DNA from: the human T2T-CHM13v2.0 reference genome, Homo sapiens | Assembly: GCF_009914755.1 (NCBI RefSeq) | Contig: NC_060935.1 | Reading direction: 5' to 3' (one strand) | DNA: 64,000 nt | Shown: piece by piece, positions 27,599 to 41,110 of the stretch | How the letters are laid out: the number at the start of each line of letters is the position of its first letter | Position numbering within the stretch: the stretch's first letter is position 1 | Notes under the pieces: model-generated | Database searches by the model: none | Told to the model about the DNA's origin: nothing | The model's input: the letters and a program-made list of their open reading frames with translations, nothing else | Program-made: the position numbers and the translations under genes

Positions 27599-28908
27599 TT
27601 GAAGGTTATTGTCTGATTAAATATTAACCTTTCCCTGAGTTGATTTGTTAAGGAACATTTGCACAACGGATATCCAACTCCATTCCACTGTCAGAGGAAT
27701 TGGTGGTCTGATCTGGCATCCTGGGGACACTGCATTGCTCTCTCTCCTTTCTTCCATCATGATATAGGATTTGTAAGTTACAATGGAGCTATCCTTTGTG
27801 GCCTGGTGACATAGTGACTGGCAGTGGTGGATATTCCATGTGAATGATGGCTGTAGACGTGGTGAGGTAGGTTGATGGGTTTTGTCATCACTTCTTTTAC
27901 CTGAGATCAGGTTTTTTCTCCAAGCTGGGAAAATGAACATTGCCACATCCATTTAAATCAGAGATTCGCTAGAGAAATTGATATGTGTGGTTCCATAGGC
28001 AGTGCCTTCATTTTGACAGTTTTCTGGGTCTGATGAATTGATGGCCAGCAGAGGCAGTTAGGTAGGCAGCTGAGCTTACACAAAAAGACCTCTGTCTAGA
28101 AGGCTTCTAACAAGAGCCTCCATTAAATAGGCTTTATGTGATGAAAACGTAGTACCAAAAACACTGTTATATTTCTTTATTTTAAGCCTATAGTAGTGAG
28201 CTCATATTATTTTGGAATGGAAAAACAGAGAAAGTAAAATATATAAAAACTGAATAAAATAGATATATCATCTTCCTGATTCTTTGAATCCAGCTATAGT
28301 GGGTCCATAACCTTCTGCACCAGTTTTTGTTTGTTTTATTTTGATTTGTTTTAATTGATACAATAGAATTTATTGGTACTATGTTTGATCACTGAGATAC
28401 ATCGTTAAATATGCTACTGCTGATTCCTTTTTAAAATACACTGGACTGAAAGTCCTTTGAGGATAGTTCTTTGTTATTATGTCTCATGTTATCCCCTGCA
28501 TGATGTCTTCCAAAAAGTAGCTGCTCAAAAACATACTAATTAACAAATTAGTATCAACTGATATTTCAAAACAGCAATTTTTAATTTATAAAACACTTTC
28601 ATATACATTTCATCATTTAAAAAATCAACAGTAATTTATTTAGTGGTTTGTTCTTATTGGTGTGTTTAATCATGTTTGACTTACTCATTGCAGAATTAAA
28701 TTACGATGTGATATTGCGGTAATAGTTATACATGGCATAAAAGAAACGAACTCATAGGAATTATTCACTTAACTCGCGGGATCAGAAAAATGCCAATGTA
28801 CTAAATGTTAGCCTAATAACTATGGGCTTTTGGTATGTTGTTTAGAGGAAATGACATCAGTTAATCTGGCAGGATATCGAAGTGAAAAGTAGTTAAGGGG
28901 TTCTAATG

Positions 28909-29313
28909 TGTATCAGTCAGATTGGCTAAATTATACTGCAATAACAAATGCTCCCAATATTTCAGTAGCTTACAACAAAGGTGAGTTATATACACATGCA
29001 TATTTAGATACATGCACACACACACACACACACACACACATGAACACATACACATACACTTACTTACTGGACCAAAGCATATAGGAATAGGTTCTATTTA
29101 GGTCATGCAGTCTTGCTTCAGAGGGAAAAGAATGGTACAACCATGTGAATGCTCTTAAAGCTTTTGTTTTGTAGTAATACGTGAGATTTCTATTCCTTTT
29201 TCATTGGCTCAAGCAAATCAAATGGCCAAAACTGATGTCAGTGGGGATAGTAATGTAATTCTTTCATGCAAGAAGTTGTAAATATTTGGAACAATAAAGA
29301 CATCCATCTATTA
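28909..29313 (-). mobile_element. MLT1J-family MaLR LTR with an internal (CA)n at ~29015-29040
   Basis: TGTATCAGTCAG...CTGCAATAACAAA...TCAGTAGCTTACAACAAAGG; GCTCTTAAAGCTT; CATTGGCTCAAGCAAATCA.ATGGCCAA. Confidence 0.75.
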
Positions 29314-29374
29314 CTGTTATTATATGTAGCTGGAATTTTGAGACTGGGGTAGAGGAATCAGTCTTATTGATTTT

Positions 29375-29580
29375 GATCCCCAAAAGCAACCTGTACATTT
29401 GGCAGAATAAATTTTATTCACTACATTTTATGGAGAAGAAAACCTAAGGCTGGAATTATTTTTAAACGTTTTCAACTCTCATAGCTGATAAATGGAAAAT
29501 TCTAGATTTGAACTGAAATCTAAATCTGACTTTCTTCCTAACCTCAATCGAAATCCAGTACTCTTCATAATGTGGCCATG
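29375..29580 (-). mobile_element. MIR SINE
   Basis: CATTTTATGGAGAAGAAAACCTAAGGCT...AGCTGATAAATGG...GATTTGAAC. Confidence 0.6.
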
Positions 29581-29784
29581 CTGCATATGTAAGTGTGTGG
29601 ATGATGCCAGTAACTAAAATGAAAAATGAAAATGTTCAGTAGAGGATGCTAGAGAATTTGTTTTTAAATTTTCGCTTAAATATTTCATATTCTTTTAGGT
29701 GACCAATATTGAACGTTCAAGGTAGTTCTCACTGTACATGGGTATAATCATGATTTTCAGCATTAAGATTCTCATTTTAGCATT

Positions 29785-29840
29785 TGTGTGGGTCTGTGTG
29801 TGTTTGCATGTGTGTGTGTGTGTCTATAATGTGTGTGTGT
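29785..29840 (+). repeat. Imperfect (TG)n
   Basis: Directly visible. Confidence 0.85.
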
Positions 29841-30734
29841 CTATAAATCCAGGTTCCTTCAGTCTTACACAAAACCTTAACAAAATGTTCCTATAGATCC
29901 TGCTAGAACTGCTGACTTTCAAATCAGGAATTAGTTCTGATTCTGTTGATGTAAACCTGAAGAGAGAAGAAAAACATAATTCACCTTCCTGCATTATTAA
30001 GATTTCAGATACACAGTTTTTATAAAAGCTTGCAAGTGCAAAATTTGCTATCAAGCCTAATGTAGCATGGAGGATTTTGTCTGAGCTAGCAAAGGATCAC
30101 ATTTTCATCTCCTGTGAGTCAGGGACTGAGCTCTATAAACTATTTTCCACATATATGTTCTATTAAAAATAGTATCTCATTTTGACTCTTAGTCTGTTTT
30201 TATAGTGAGCGGGCTCTGAACCGAGTTACCTGATAAATTACTTTCTGTATGTGTGATATACATACTGTCTAACCTGAACAAGAACACTGACTTCAGGTAC
30301 AAGGAAAACCAGTACTGCACAATAAATGGGCTCAACGACTCATTCAGTTCGATTAATGTTTACTATACATTAAGCACTGTAGTATGTACCATGGAGCAGA
30401 TGCAATGCCATTCTAACTACTGAGGAGCTTTTATTGAAGAGATGAGTTATCTAATCTTTGATAGATAGCCTTGAAATAGGACTTAAAAGAGGTGTTTTTT
30501 TGTTGTTTTTTGTTTGTTTTGTTTTGTTTGTTTTTTACCTTCTTTCTTGTCCCTGCCATAACCATGCATCTCTTGCATTGCATAGTTGAGAACAGCAGTT
30601 CCACAATAAGAGAGTCTTGTTTGGGAGTCAGAGATTGAGTTACTGTAGTCCACTTTTCTATCCTTTTCTCCCTTTGACATCTTCTTCTGATTAATTAGTA
30701 ATTAATAGGTGATTGATTAAATGATTACTTTAGT

Positions 30735-31240
30735 CTTTCATTTAATAAACATTATTGAGGACATTCTATGTGTCCAACACTGTGCCAAATAATAGAGAGC
30801 CAAGGACATAAGCATAGCCCATATCCTTCATTTTAAGTCAAATGAGAGAAACAGACAAGACAAGTGTCAGTGTTGATGCCACATGACCAAAGCCATGTCA
30901 AGTATAAACATTTTATGTAAAATGTAGCTATTTTAGGACACAGGGAAAGAGTGACTTTTCCGCACTTAAAGGGCCTGGTAAGGATTTCTAAATGAAGTGG
31001 TTCTTGAAATAAGTCTTCATGGATGATAAGGCTAATTACCCAGATAAAGAAAGGGGGAATGCATTCTGGACATGTACCTGCCATTGCATTCACAAAGGCA
31101 GGCAAGAAACAGCAGGTCCAGGCATGCAGGACAAGTAGTTAAGCTTGGTGGAAATATGGGAAATTTGGGAGGAGGAGAAAGGTTGATGATAGTGGACAGG
31201 TAAAGACAGAAGTCATATTTTCATGAAGTGCTTATAGTCC
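30735..31240 (-). mobile_element. L2 fragment
   Basis: CATTTAATAAACATTATTGAGGACATTCTATGTGTC...CACTGTGC; GCATTCTGGACA...CAAAGGC. Confidence 0.65.
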
Positions 31241-31330
31241 GTGTTTATTAATCTGCATCATTCTGGATGTATATATGGAAACCTACTCAATCTAACTTGG
31301 GAAAGAAAGGAAAACCTGATGAAAAATACA

Positions 31331-31764
31331 CAGTTGATTCTTGAACAGTATGGGTTTTAACTGCATGGATCCACTTATACACAGATTTTCTTCCACCTCT
31401 GTCACCCTGAGACAGCAAGACCAGTTCCTCCTCTTCCTCCACCCCCTCAAACTACTCGATGTGACGACTATGAAGATGAAGAGTTTTATGATGATTAACT
31501 TTCACTTACTGAATTGATAGTAAATCTACTTTTTTCTATGATTTTCTTAACATTTTCTCGTTTATTACTTTATTATACAAATATGATCAATAATGCAATA
31601 CATATAACATGCAAAATATGTACTGATTGACTATGTTACTGGTAAGGCTTCTGGTCAACAATTGGCTGTAATAATTTAGTTTTGGGGGAGTCAGAGTCCT
31701 ACCTGGATTTTCAACTGCATGGGGGTCCACACTCCTCACCCCCACATTGTTCGAAGTTCAGCTG
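31331..31764 (+). mobile_element. Tigger2a (MER28), full length
   Basis: TIR CAGTTGATTCTTGAACA ... TTGTTCGAAGTTCAGCTG followed by TA; body homologous to the 13165 copy. Confidence 0.92.
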
Positions 31765-32199
31765 TAGAATGAGCTCTCGGTGTATGAACATAAGACTACA
31801 ACTTTGCTTCAAAAATAGGCACCAAGGACAGGAATCGCATCAGGGACCTCAATTCTGCTGTTTTCTCATGGCTTTTTTATTCTCCTCTTTATGCAGAACT
31901 GCTTACTCTACTTCTCTAATCTACATGATGGAACACAGAAGTAAGAGCATCTAAGATTAAATCTTACACACACAATTGCCTGAAAAGATTGAATACTTTT
32001 CTATGTTCCTCTTACAAATTCACTTTGAAAGGAAGTCTGTTTGGTTAGCTTGGGTCTGGTGCCTACACTTGCACTGGTGTAACTATGGCCAGGGTGTGAG
32101 TTGTGTCATAAGAGCATTTTTCCTGTGACCATGAGACTGGAGAGGAATGGTTGCATTGGAAATACCCAGAGAAAGACACTGGAAATTTTACAAAAGATA

Positions 32200-32402
32200 C
32201 CCATTATATAAATGGTCCCAAATGCCAATCCACAGAGAGGGTGCCTCATACTAACTTCTGGGAGTTTGGGAAACATACTCAGTACTTCTGGGGGTTTACC
32301 CACTAAGTATTCTGATTTGCTAGATCTAGGGCAGGGTCTGAGAACCTGATTATAAAAGTTCAGTAAGTTATTCTAATGCCTAGATAGATTGGGAAACATT
32401 GT
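32200..32402. mobile_element. MER5-type hAT-Charlie MITE
   Basis: ATTCTGATT...GATCTAGGGCAGGGTCTGAGAA...TTCTAATGC...TTGGGAAACATTG. Confidence 0.5.
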
Positions 32403-32489
32403 AAGAAATTTAGAAGAGAGGAAACCTTAACAAGAAAACAAAATCCTCATGGGATCAATTTGCGTCATAGTACACCCACTGGCAAATAG

Positions 32490-33505
<1,016 letters not shown>

Positions 33506-33949
33506 GTATTCTTTATTGTTATTTACATACATATCTGTCTTCCCTACCTAATGGTAAACTTCTTTTGCAGTCAATGAGTAAACATTCTGAGGGGTGGGAA
33601 GGGAGTTCTGAAATATGTAATTTCTGACTCAAAGAGCTCACAATTTAATGGAAAGACAAGTAAAAAGATGATAGGAGAAAGTGAGAGTTGCTGATGGAAG
33701 TCTAAACAATATTAGGGGAGCCCTCAGGAGGGATATCTAACCTCTCAACCAAGTAAGCACTCAATAAAAGTTTATTAGCACAAAATACATGCTGGGACAA
33801 AAACAAGTGGTATCATTAGAAGGTGCACAGAAACAGGAGCATCTAATGTGAGCGGGTGTGTTGGTGAGATTTTGTTGAGGGAAGCAACTTCTTGTCTGTT
33901 TTTTTATATGCTCGTATTTTTCAGGGTTTCATCATAAGCACACTAGCCT

Positions 33950-34530
33950 CCTGTGGCTCTACACAGACACCTAGGACTATTTCATCCCACTTCAGTAATT
34001 TTAGCTTTTGGGCCACTAACTCCCCAGTTTATGTTTCTGGCCTTCCCTGGACACCAGATCTATTTCTCCAGCTGCTGTTTGGATATTTCCCCCATATATC
34101 TCACACATACCTCATATTAACAAGGCCCAAACTGGACTCTGTATCCAACTTCATATTCTGAATTTCTACTCCTAAACTCATTATGCACCTATTCACTAGA
34201 TACCTAAAAGCTGTCCTAGATTCCTCCCCCTCTCTTATTCCTCATTGTTTGCAGTTTATTTGTAATGTCTTTTATCTGCCATGTGCATTTATGCTGCCAC
34301 TGTGGTAGTTCAGACTGTTGTTCCCTCTTATTTGCATTATTGAAATGAGCCAGACTGCCTGCCTTAGATCCCCCTGTCCTCTAGTGCACCCTGCACAGCA
34401 TGCCCAATCTCACCTTTCTATCTCCTTTAAGCCCAAGTCCTGCTTCAGTCATGGATGATCCATGGTAAGGATGGGTTATGATCTAAGCACTTAGCAGGTC
34501 ATGAAACATCTTCTTTACCTGTTTTCAATC
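33950..34530 (+). mobile_element. Old L2 fragment
   Basis: AACTCCCCAGTTTATGTTTCTGGCC, CCAGATCTATTTCTCCAGCTGC, GTCCTAGATTCCTCCCCCTCTC, CCCTGCACAGC. Confidence 0.6.
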
Positions 34531-34539
34531 TAGGCCTAT

Positions 34540-35575
34540 TCAGCAATATTTAACAGAATCTAAATTTTTCATTCTTTGTGCCACACAGTGGTCCAGGTGC
34601 TAGGATGCAAGCACCCTTGCTCTGATGGGACTGCCATTCTACTGCAGACTACAACAACGGAATGGAAGGTTGAGGATCTAGTGAGTGTCTGAAAGAAGGA
34701 CCTGGAGGGATGGAACTGTGTAACTGTGCATCTGGTTTGGTCTGGGTGCTGTGGTGGTATCATTGAGGCTTCTCAAAGGAAGCTGTGCTGAGGCTGAGGC
34801 ATCAAGAATGAGGAGTCAGCCAGGCAAAGTTGTAGGGGAGCAGGGCATGTGCCAAGATCCCAAGTGGAAGAGAGTGTGAGATGGGGAAGCGGGGCCAAGG
34901 CTGAGAGAGGAGACTGGTGCTCAGCAGGGGCCAGATCATGTTGGCTTGGGCATGTTACTGAAATGCCAGGGGTTTGGTCTAGGTCCTGTTGCTTGCTACA
35001 CAGAAAGCCAACCACCAAGACAACGAATGAAGCCAACAAAGACGGCTTTATTCAGGTGTCATCAGCCCAGGAGACAGATCAGTCTTAAATTCATCTTTCC
35101 CCAATCAACTAAAATTGGGGGTTTCTACAGTGGAAAATGAATGTAGCTACATGCAGGAAAATAGGAATTAAGGCAGGTAAGGGAGCAGTCCTGCTGAATG
35201 AGGGGTCTGGCATCTCATTGTCTGCATGTGGTGACCTGGTGAGTTTCAGTTCCTCGACATTATCTGGGAGGCCTGAGGGTCAGTTTCCTGAGAAAGGAAC
35301 TCAGATAAAACAAATGTCAGTTTCAAGCTTTAAGACTGGGAGCATTAATTTCCATGTTAATTAAAAAATACATAAACATAAATTCTATAGGGAAATTGGG
35401 CCAGTTTCAGGGGGACTGCCCTAAAGAATTTGGACTTTCTCTTATGGGTTGCATCACACATCTGAAGAGTTTTCAGTAGGGACATGATCAATCTGTGTTT
35501 TAAGTACAGGATGCTAAGGGTTGTGAGAGGAATGGATTGGATGAGTCCAAAAGTTAAGGAAAGAAAAGCAGTCAC
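34540..35575 (-). mobile_element. L2 fragment split by an LTR
   Basis: GGTGCTAGGATGCA; GGGGCCAGATCATG before the LTR and AAGAATTTGGACTTT...TGAAGAGTTTTCAG after it. Confidence 0.65.
34953..35409 (-). mobile_element. ERV1-class solo LTR (LTR54-like)
   Basis: TGTTACTGAAATGCCAGGGGTTTGGTCTAGGTCCTG...GGCTTTATT (AATAAA on minus)...CCTGAGAAAGGAACTCAGATAA...GGGCCAGTTTCA; TG...CA termini. Confidence 0.78.
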
Positions 35576-35849
35576 CCTGCTGTTCCCCTGACCCCCTCCC
35601 CTGCACCTGCCATACCCAGCACAGCGCCTGACACACATGTAGAGTAAATTAATATGTACATATCCACTACAAGAGATGGACGCGCTAGGCATAACAGATG
35701 TCTGTATCTGAAATGTGGGTTGTTCTTTTATATCGCCTGCCACTGTGCAGTTCCCTCTACCTGAAATTTCAGCTCTTCTCTGTAGGTGCTGGAAAACTCC
35801 CGTCCATTCATTAAGATGCTACTCAAATCCCACCTACACACCTTATCTT

Positions 35850-36010
35850 CTCTAATCCTTAGAGCAGCCATATGAGGCAAATGTTTTATCTCCACTTTAC
35901 AGTTGAGGAAGTGGCTCAGAAAGATTAAGGACTTGCCCAGTGACACATAGTGGTGTCTTGGGATTTACAGCTGGGTCTTGTCGTCTTCATACTTGCTTTA
36001 CCCGCCACTC
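35850..36010 (-). mobile_element. MIR SINE
   Basis: CCACTTTACAGTTGAGGAAGTGGCTCAGAAAGATTAAGGACTTGCCCAG. Confidence 0.85.
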
Positions 36011-37438
36011 TTCAAGGTTCCTGGAAGCATGAGTGATTAAGGAGGAATCATTGCCAGTTCGGTGTCATTGCTGCCAGCCCCCTCTGAGGCACACCTGGCT
36101 CCCTGGGAGTGTGTTTATGCTCTGCCAGGACTCTCCCCAGCCTGCATTCTGAAGCATCTCCTTCCTTGCTCTGCCACATCCCCGCCCCTCTAGATGGAGG
36201 GAAACACTCCTGTAAATGGGAATTCACCCAATAGTTCATCCAAACATATCACTGGCTTCCTACCTTTCTCTCCTTCCCAGCCTGGACAACCCATAGCCTC
36301 CATGATCAATCACTTTATGAACATGGTCAGCTTCACCATGGCCTCTCCTGGGCTGGCTGCTAGGCTGGCCTAACAGCTGCAGCTGGACTCTACCCTGGGC
36401 ATTTTAAAACACTGTTACCTCTGTTTCTTTGATATTCTCTGAGGTCTAAAGTCAGCATACATCACTTCTCCTGCTTGTTTGGGTTCTGTATGTAGGGGCT
36501 TGACAGCCAGAGTGGCTTTGCAGAAACTCATGCCCCTGGCCCACCCAGCCTCTCGCCCTGCCTGGAGGGCAGATTACCCCTCAGTGTGCTTCTGCTAGGA
36601 ATGGCCATACTGCATCATTCCTGTTCCTCTGTCTATGACTTCTGCAGGATGACTCTGGCTTTTTCTGGGTACGTGCGGAACACTGGGCCAGGCTAATAAG
36701 TTTAGAAGAAGATTTAAGACTCCAGATCAAGGCACAGGATCACATTGTCTCAGTAATCGTGACTTGAAAGGACCCTCGATGGGCCTCAGCTAAGAGCTGG
36801 CATGGTGGTGGTGAGCATGCGGGCAGTGGGTTTGCAGGCATAGCACAGGCTGTGGCTGGATAAAAAGGTGTTCACACCATCATTGACAAATTTTCTGAAC
36901 CATGTGGAACACTTGTAATGATCTGAACTGTGTTTCTCTCCATTTTCTTTTCCTTTTTATCTTTTCGCTCTCTTTCTTTTTTCTTCCTGGAATGCAGCTG
37001 TCACAATAATTGGAAGATGCCCTTGAAAAAGTGCTCTCGAGCCTGTGATTCCCTGGCAGCTTCATTTTTCATCTTTCCAATGAAGGTGGCATTTGCCCAG
37101 ACCCTGTTAGCTATGAGGCTGCCTGTAGAACCTTCAACTACCATTGTGTGTGGTGAATAGTACTGGGGTTTTGGCATTTCAGTGCTTTGAACTGCTGAAG
37201 AACCCTAAAGCCAGGCTCATATGCACCTCTCCTCCCTCTCTCCCACCTCCCCTTGCTTCCTTTCCGCCCCTCCCCTCACTCCCTGGTTCTTCCACCCCAG
37301 GACCCACCTTTGCTCAAGGCAACCCCTCCCACCCCATGGTGTTCCCCTCCTCTTTCCTGGAGGCCTTGTAAATGTACAGACCATTTAGACTTTAAGACAG
37401 TGGGGCCACTTTTCATCTCAGGCCAGGCTGCTGCCTGG

Positions 37439-37652
37439 TTTTACGGGGTCATAAAAGTCCTGACAGGAGTCATAAAAGCCTCCAATTGCACTGCAGAAAC
37501 CCTTGGAGTATATTTTAAGGGCCCCTGAGTTTTCATTTTGCTGCTTTTATGGGGACTCGTAAAAGCTGCGTGGAGTGAGCCCACTGATTGGCTGCTCAGC
37601 ACGGAGGTAGTTAAAATTACAGCTTTAGACAAATTGTTCCAGTCCCAATAAA
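37439..37652. promoter_or_regulatory. Candidate enhancer: posterior HOX/CDX homotypic motif cluster
   Basis: TTTTACGG, GTCATAAAA x2, TTTTATGG, CTCGTAAAA, CCAATAAA, plus TGACAG and TGATTGG, within 214 bp of repeat-free DNA; function inferred from motifs only. Confidence 0.55.
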
Positions 37653-39974
37653 TCAGTATCCGGCATGTGGCAGGGGGAAGGCTTCTAGCTCTGCTGCATC
37701 CTGGGCCCCCCTTGTCCTACCACACAGGCAAGGCTCTGCTTGGGGCCACCCTGGCCAGCCCTCCACCATTTCCTGAAGCCATTCTTTGCAAAGGGGATAG
37801 TACTTAACCAGCTGTTTTTATGCATTTTACCACGTAGCTGGTTGACTTTTTTTTAAATTTCCAAAAACCTGATCTTTAAAACCAGATTGACTTATTTTTC
37901 AATTCAATTGTTAGAGAGACACAATCTCATACTCCGTCGGTCACCCTGGCCACAGGTACTACAGACTACAGCCTGCTTTCTCCCCATTGGTCCCCACATC
38001 CCATCTCCCTATACATGGCCTTCTTGCCTTACCTTCTTTCTACTGTTGCCTTGGTATATCTGTTATACCCCTACAGTGGGCCAGTGCAGGGCAAGAATGA
38101 TCGGTGGGGATGCCATTCTCAGGACCCATCCTAATTTCCCACTGGTTATGCCTGGCAGAGAACCATACCAGCGTGGGTATTATGGGAGACTGCTGTGTTT
38201 TGTGCCATTTCAACTTTTTAGGAGCTTGTGGCTCAAATATATCACCAGTCTGGCGGATTTCCAAGACACTGATTGGAGAAGCAGACATTGTTTTCTCTTC
38301 CCTTCTTTCCAGATCCAGAATCACTCAGCCCCAGCTGAACTGCCATGCTGACAACCTGAGGATCAAGCATACTCTTCATTTGTGATGTGGAAGTTTAACC
38401 ATTACCATTGTGTGTGCTCTTCCTTCGCAGGTGGAGAAAGCTTTCAGGAGAGGCTCTGAGGGTGCAGAAGCAAGGAGGGGTCCCTGCAATGTGCTACTCC
38501 TGTTTGTGTGTCCGCCTCTGTTCCCATGGCAACCACCTCTTTCCCTTGCTATTTCTAAAAAGCACGTGTGCTTGTGGGAGTACCATTCTGAAAAAAATGA
38601 TGCTTACTCCTCCCTTTCTGGATCTTAGCCAAGTCAATAATTCAAGCAGCACGAGGTATCTTAGTACTTGAGCAATGCCCGACTGATGTCAACTGTTAGG
38701 AGAGCCAACTGAAGTAGGGAGAACAGTTTGGGGTAAGAAAGGAAGAAAAGAAGGTACTGTCAAGCTGTGGGTTAGGAGAAGGCATTAGCCTGAGAAATAA
38801 GACCAAGATACATGTGAGGAAGACTCCACCACCATTAGTTCACTTTCAGAGTCATGGCTGGTAGATGCTCCCTTCCTTCCAGAGCAGGGAGGAAAAGGGA
38901 CGCAGTCTTTGCTGCAAATTTCCTGCATAAGTTAGTGGAGAAAACAGGTTCTCTTCTGACATATGCCTCTGTTTTGAAGAGCCTTGTTCTTTTCTTAAAT
39001 AAATGAACCAATCACAAAGGTTACAGGCTATGTGAGAGAAAAACACATCTTATTTCTGTCTTGCTCTAGTTTTATATAATTATTATATCAACTGTGGCTG
39101 ATCAAAGCATTCATTAAAGAGAAACTATCTCTCCCATGCTTTTGTTACAGTTTGGAGAGATTTGACAGGCTTTATACATCTCTGGCTATATTTCCCTTTC
39201 TCTTTTTCACGGTTGATTTCGCTCTTCTTCCTCTCCTCCTCCCCTTCCTGCGTACTAGTGATTTCTAACATGACTTTTTTTCTTTTCTTTTTCTTTTTTC
39301 CCCTTCCACCTAGCCTAATCAAATCTCTCATAAGACATCAAGGGAACCCTGAACCAAAGCAACTCTTGGAGTTATATCGGTACATTCAGGTGAGCACAGG
39401 CTGACTTCCTGCCTCAGAGCAGCCCTCAGCCCACCTGGAAGCCAGGCAAGGCTTCTACTGCACACACTCCCAGACAGTCCCTGCCTTTCCCATTGTCTTT
39501 CTCAAGGGCTCTGATTTCTAGGCTGAGCTTACTGCCCTGTTCCAATAGCCTCCTCCCAAAGATAGGCACATATCTGACACTCCTTTGTCAATCCTTGGGG
39601 GAGTTCTGTGGCCAGCAAAAGATTTCCATATCATCAACTCCTTGTCTCTTTGCAAACGCTCATCTTTCAATGTGGTTTTTGCTACTCCTTCTTTCATTAT
39701 CCTCATGCTATTCTTCCTGAGGAGGTTGTTTCAGTTTATTTACCATAAGCATGTTCCCAAGGGGATTTCAGCCATGCAAATGAATTACGGAGGATATGAC
39801 TTCAATGTGCAAAGCATTTGGGGTGAATGTGTACAAGTACATTTTTCATATTATGTGCCCCTCTATCCCATTGTGTGGCATGATTTTATCTCACTCTGCT
39901 CTGGACTAATGACAGACTCCTTCAGACATTTATAAAAGTCTGCTTTGATCGTTCCTCTATATTTCATCTTGCAT

Positions 39975-40450
39975 TTATTTGTTCACTCCCTCAACACACA
40001 AAGCATAGACTATGTGCTGAGTACCATGCTGGTACCAGGGGACATGGAGATAAATAAGAAATAGTCTCTGTCATCTTGGAATTCATAAACAAATAGAACA
40101 GGAAAAAATGTAATCAATTACTTACTAAACACTGTGGAATATGCAATGATATATCAGGAGGAAGTAAGGGTAAGAAATGACTTTTTACTGGCGTTTATCT
40201 TACCTGGATTTTTCTCAGGAGGAAAGAATAAGGAAAGGGCATTCCAGGTAGATAAAGCGAAGTAGGAAATTCCCAGAAACATAGAACAGCGTGGTATGTG
40301 TGTAGCATTCATAGTCATCTGCCAAAGAAGAATAGGTGGGAAAGGTCTTGAGCAGAAAAGAGTCTGAAGAGGAATCCAGGAAGCATATTGTGAGGAGCGT
40401 TTGTTTTGCAGGTTGCAAAACATGAGTTTGAGGTTGCTAAAGAAAAAAAG
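39975..40450 (-). mobile_element. L2 fragment
   Basis: ACTATGTGCTGAGTACCATGCT, AATAAGAAATAGTCTCTGTCATCTTGGAATTCA, GGCATTCCAGGTAGA. Confidence 0.7.
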
Positions 40451-40663
40451 CGGCATTGTATGATTCCATATCAAAGTAGGGCATTGTGGTCCCTTTAAGT
40501 TTAGCAAATACTGAATGCCTGCTGTGTACAAGAGTATACTGGGTGTAGAAGAAATACAAAGATGATGCAAAGATGGTATCTTAGTACCACTTTTTAAGGA
40601 TAAGAAATTTTCTTGTATACATAGGGCATAAACATATATAAAGGCTGATTTATAGTAAGCTGT

Positions 40664-41056
40664 TGTGTGAGGCCATTCTGGCATTACTATAAAGATATAC
40701 CTGAAATTGGATAATGTATAAAGAAAAGAGGTTTAATTGGCTCCTGTTTCTTCAGGCTGTACAGGAAGCAAAGCATGGCACCGGCATCTGCTTGGCTTCT
40801 GGGGAGGCCTCAGGAAGCTTTCAACCATGGCAAAAGGTAAAGGGGAAGCAAGTATCTCCACATGGTGAGAGAGGAAGCAGGAGAGAGAGGGTGGGGAGGA
40901 GGTACCATACCCCAACAACAGATCTCATGAGGACAGCCCGAAGCTCTGAGGGATCTCCCCCCATTACCCAAACATCTCCCACCAGGCCCTATGCCAAACA
41001 CTGGGGATTGTAATTCAGCATAAGATTTGGCAGGGACATGTATTCAAACTATATCA
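40664..41056 (-). mobile_element. MSTA-family MaLR solo LTR
   Basis: AAAGAAAAGAGGTTTAATTGGCTC, GGCTGTACAGGAAGCA, GGCTTCTGGGGAGGCCTCAGGAAGCTT, CCCACCAGGCCC, CAAACTATATCA. Confidence 0.92.
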
Positions 41057-41076
41057 TGCATATACACACAGACAGG

Positions 41077-41077
<1 letters not shown>

Positions 41078-41107
<30 letters not shown>

Positions 41108-41110
41108 ACA
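41078..41110 (+). repeat. (CA)n microsatellite
   Basis: Directly visible. Confidence 0.92.

Noticed and set aside
28042-28060. CTCF-like TGGCCAGCAGAGGCAG (and a weaker one at ~36183)
   Set aside because: Core is one G short or mismatched; not supportable without ChIP data
37887-38351. 154-aa ORF in the repeat-free island
   Set aside because: Non-ATG start, no homology or coding-like composition, overlapped by similar chance ORFs in other frames
40154-40684. 176-aa minus-strand ORF
   Set aside because: Spans L2 fragments and the edge of the MSTA LTR; no domain
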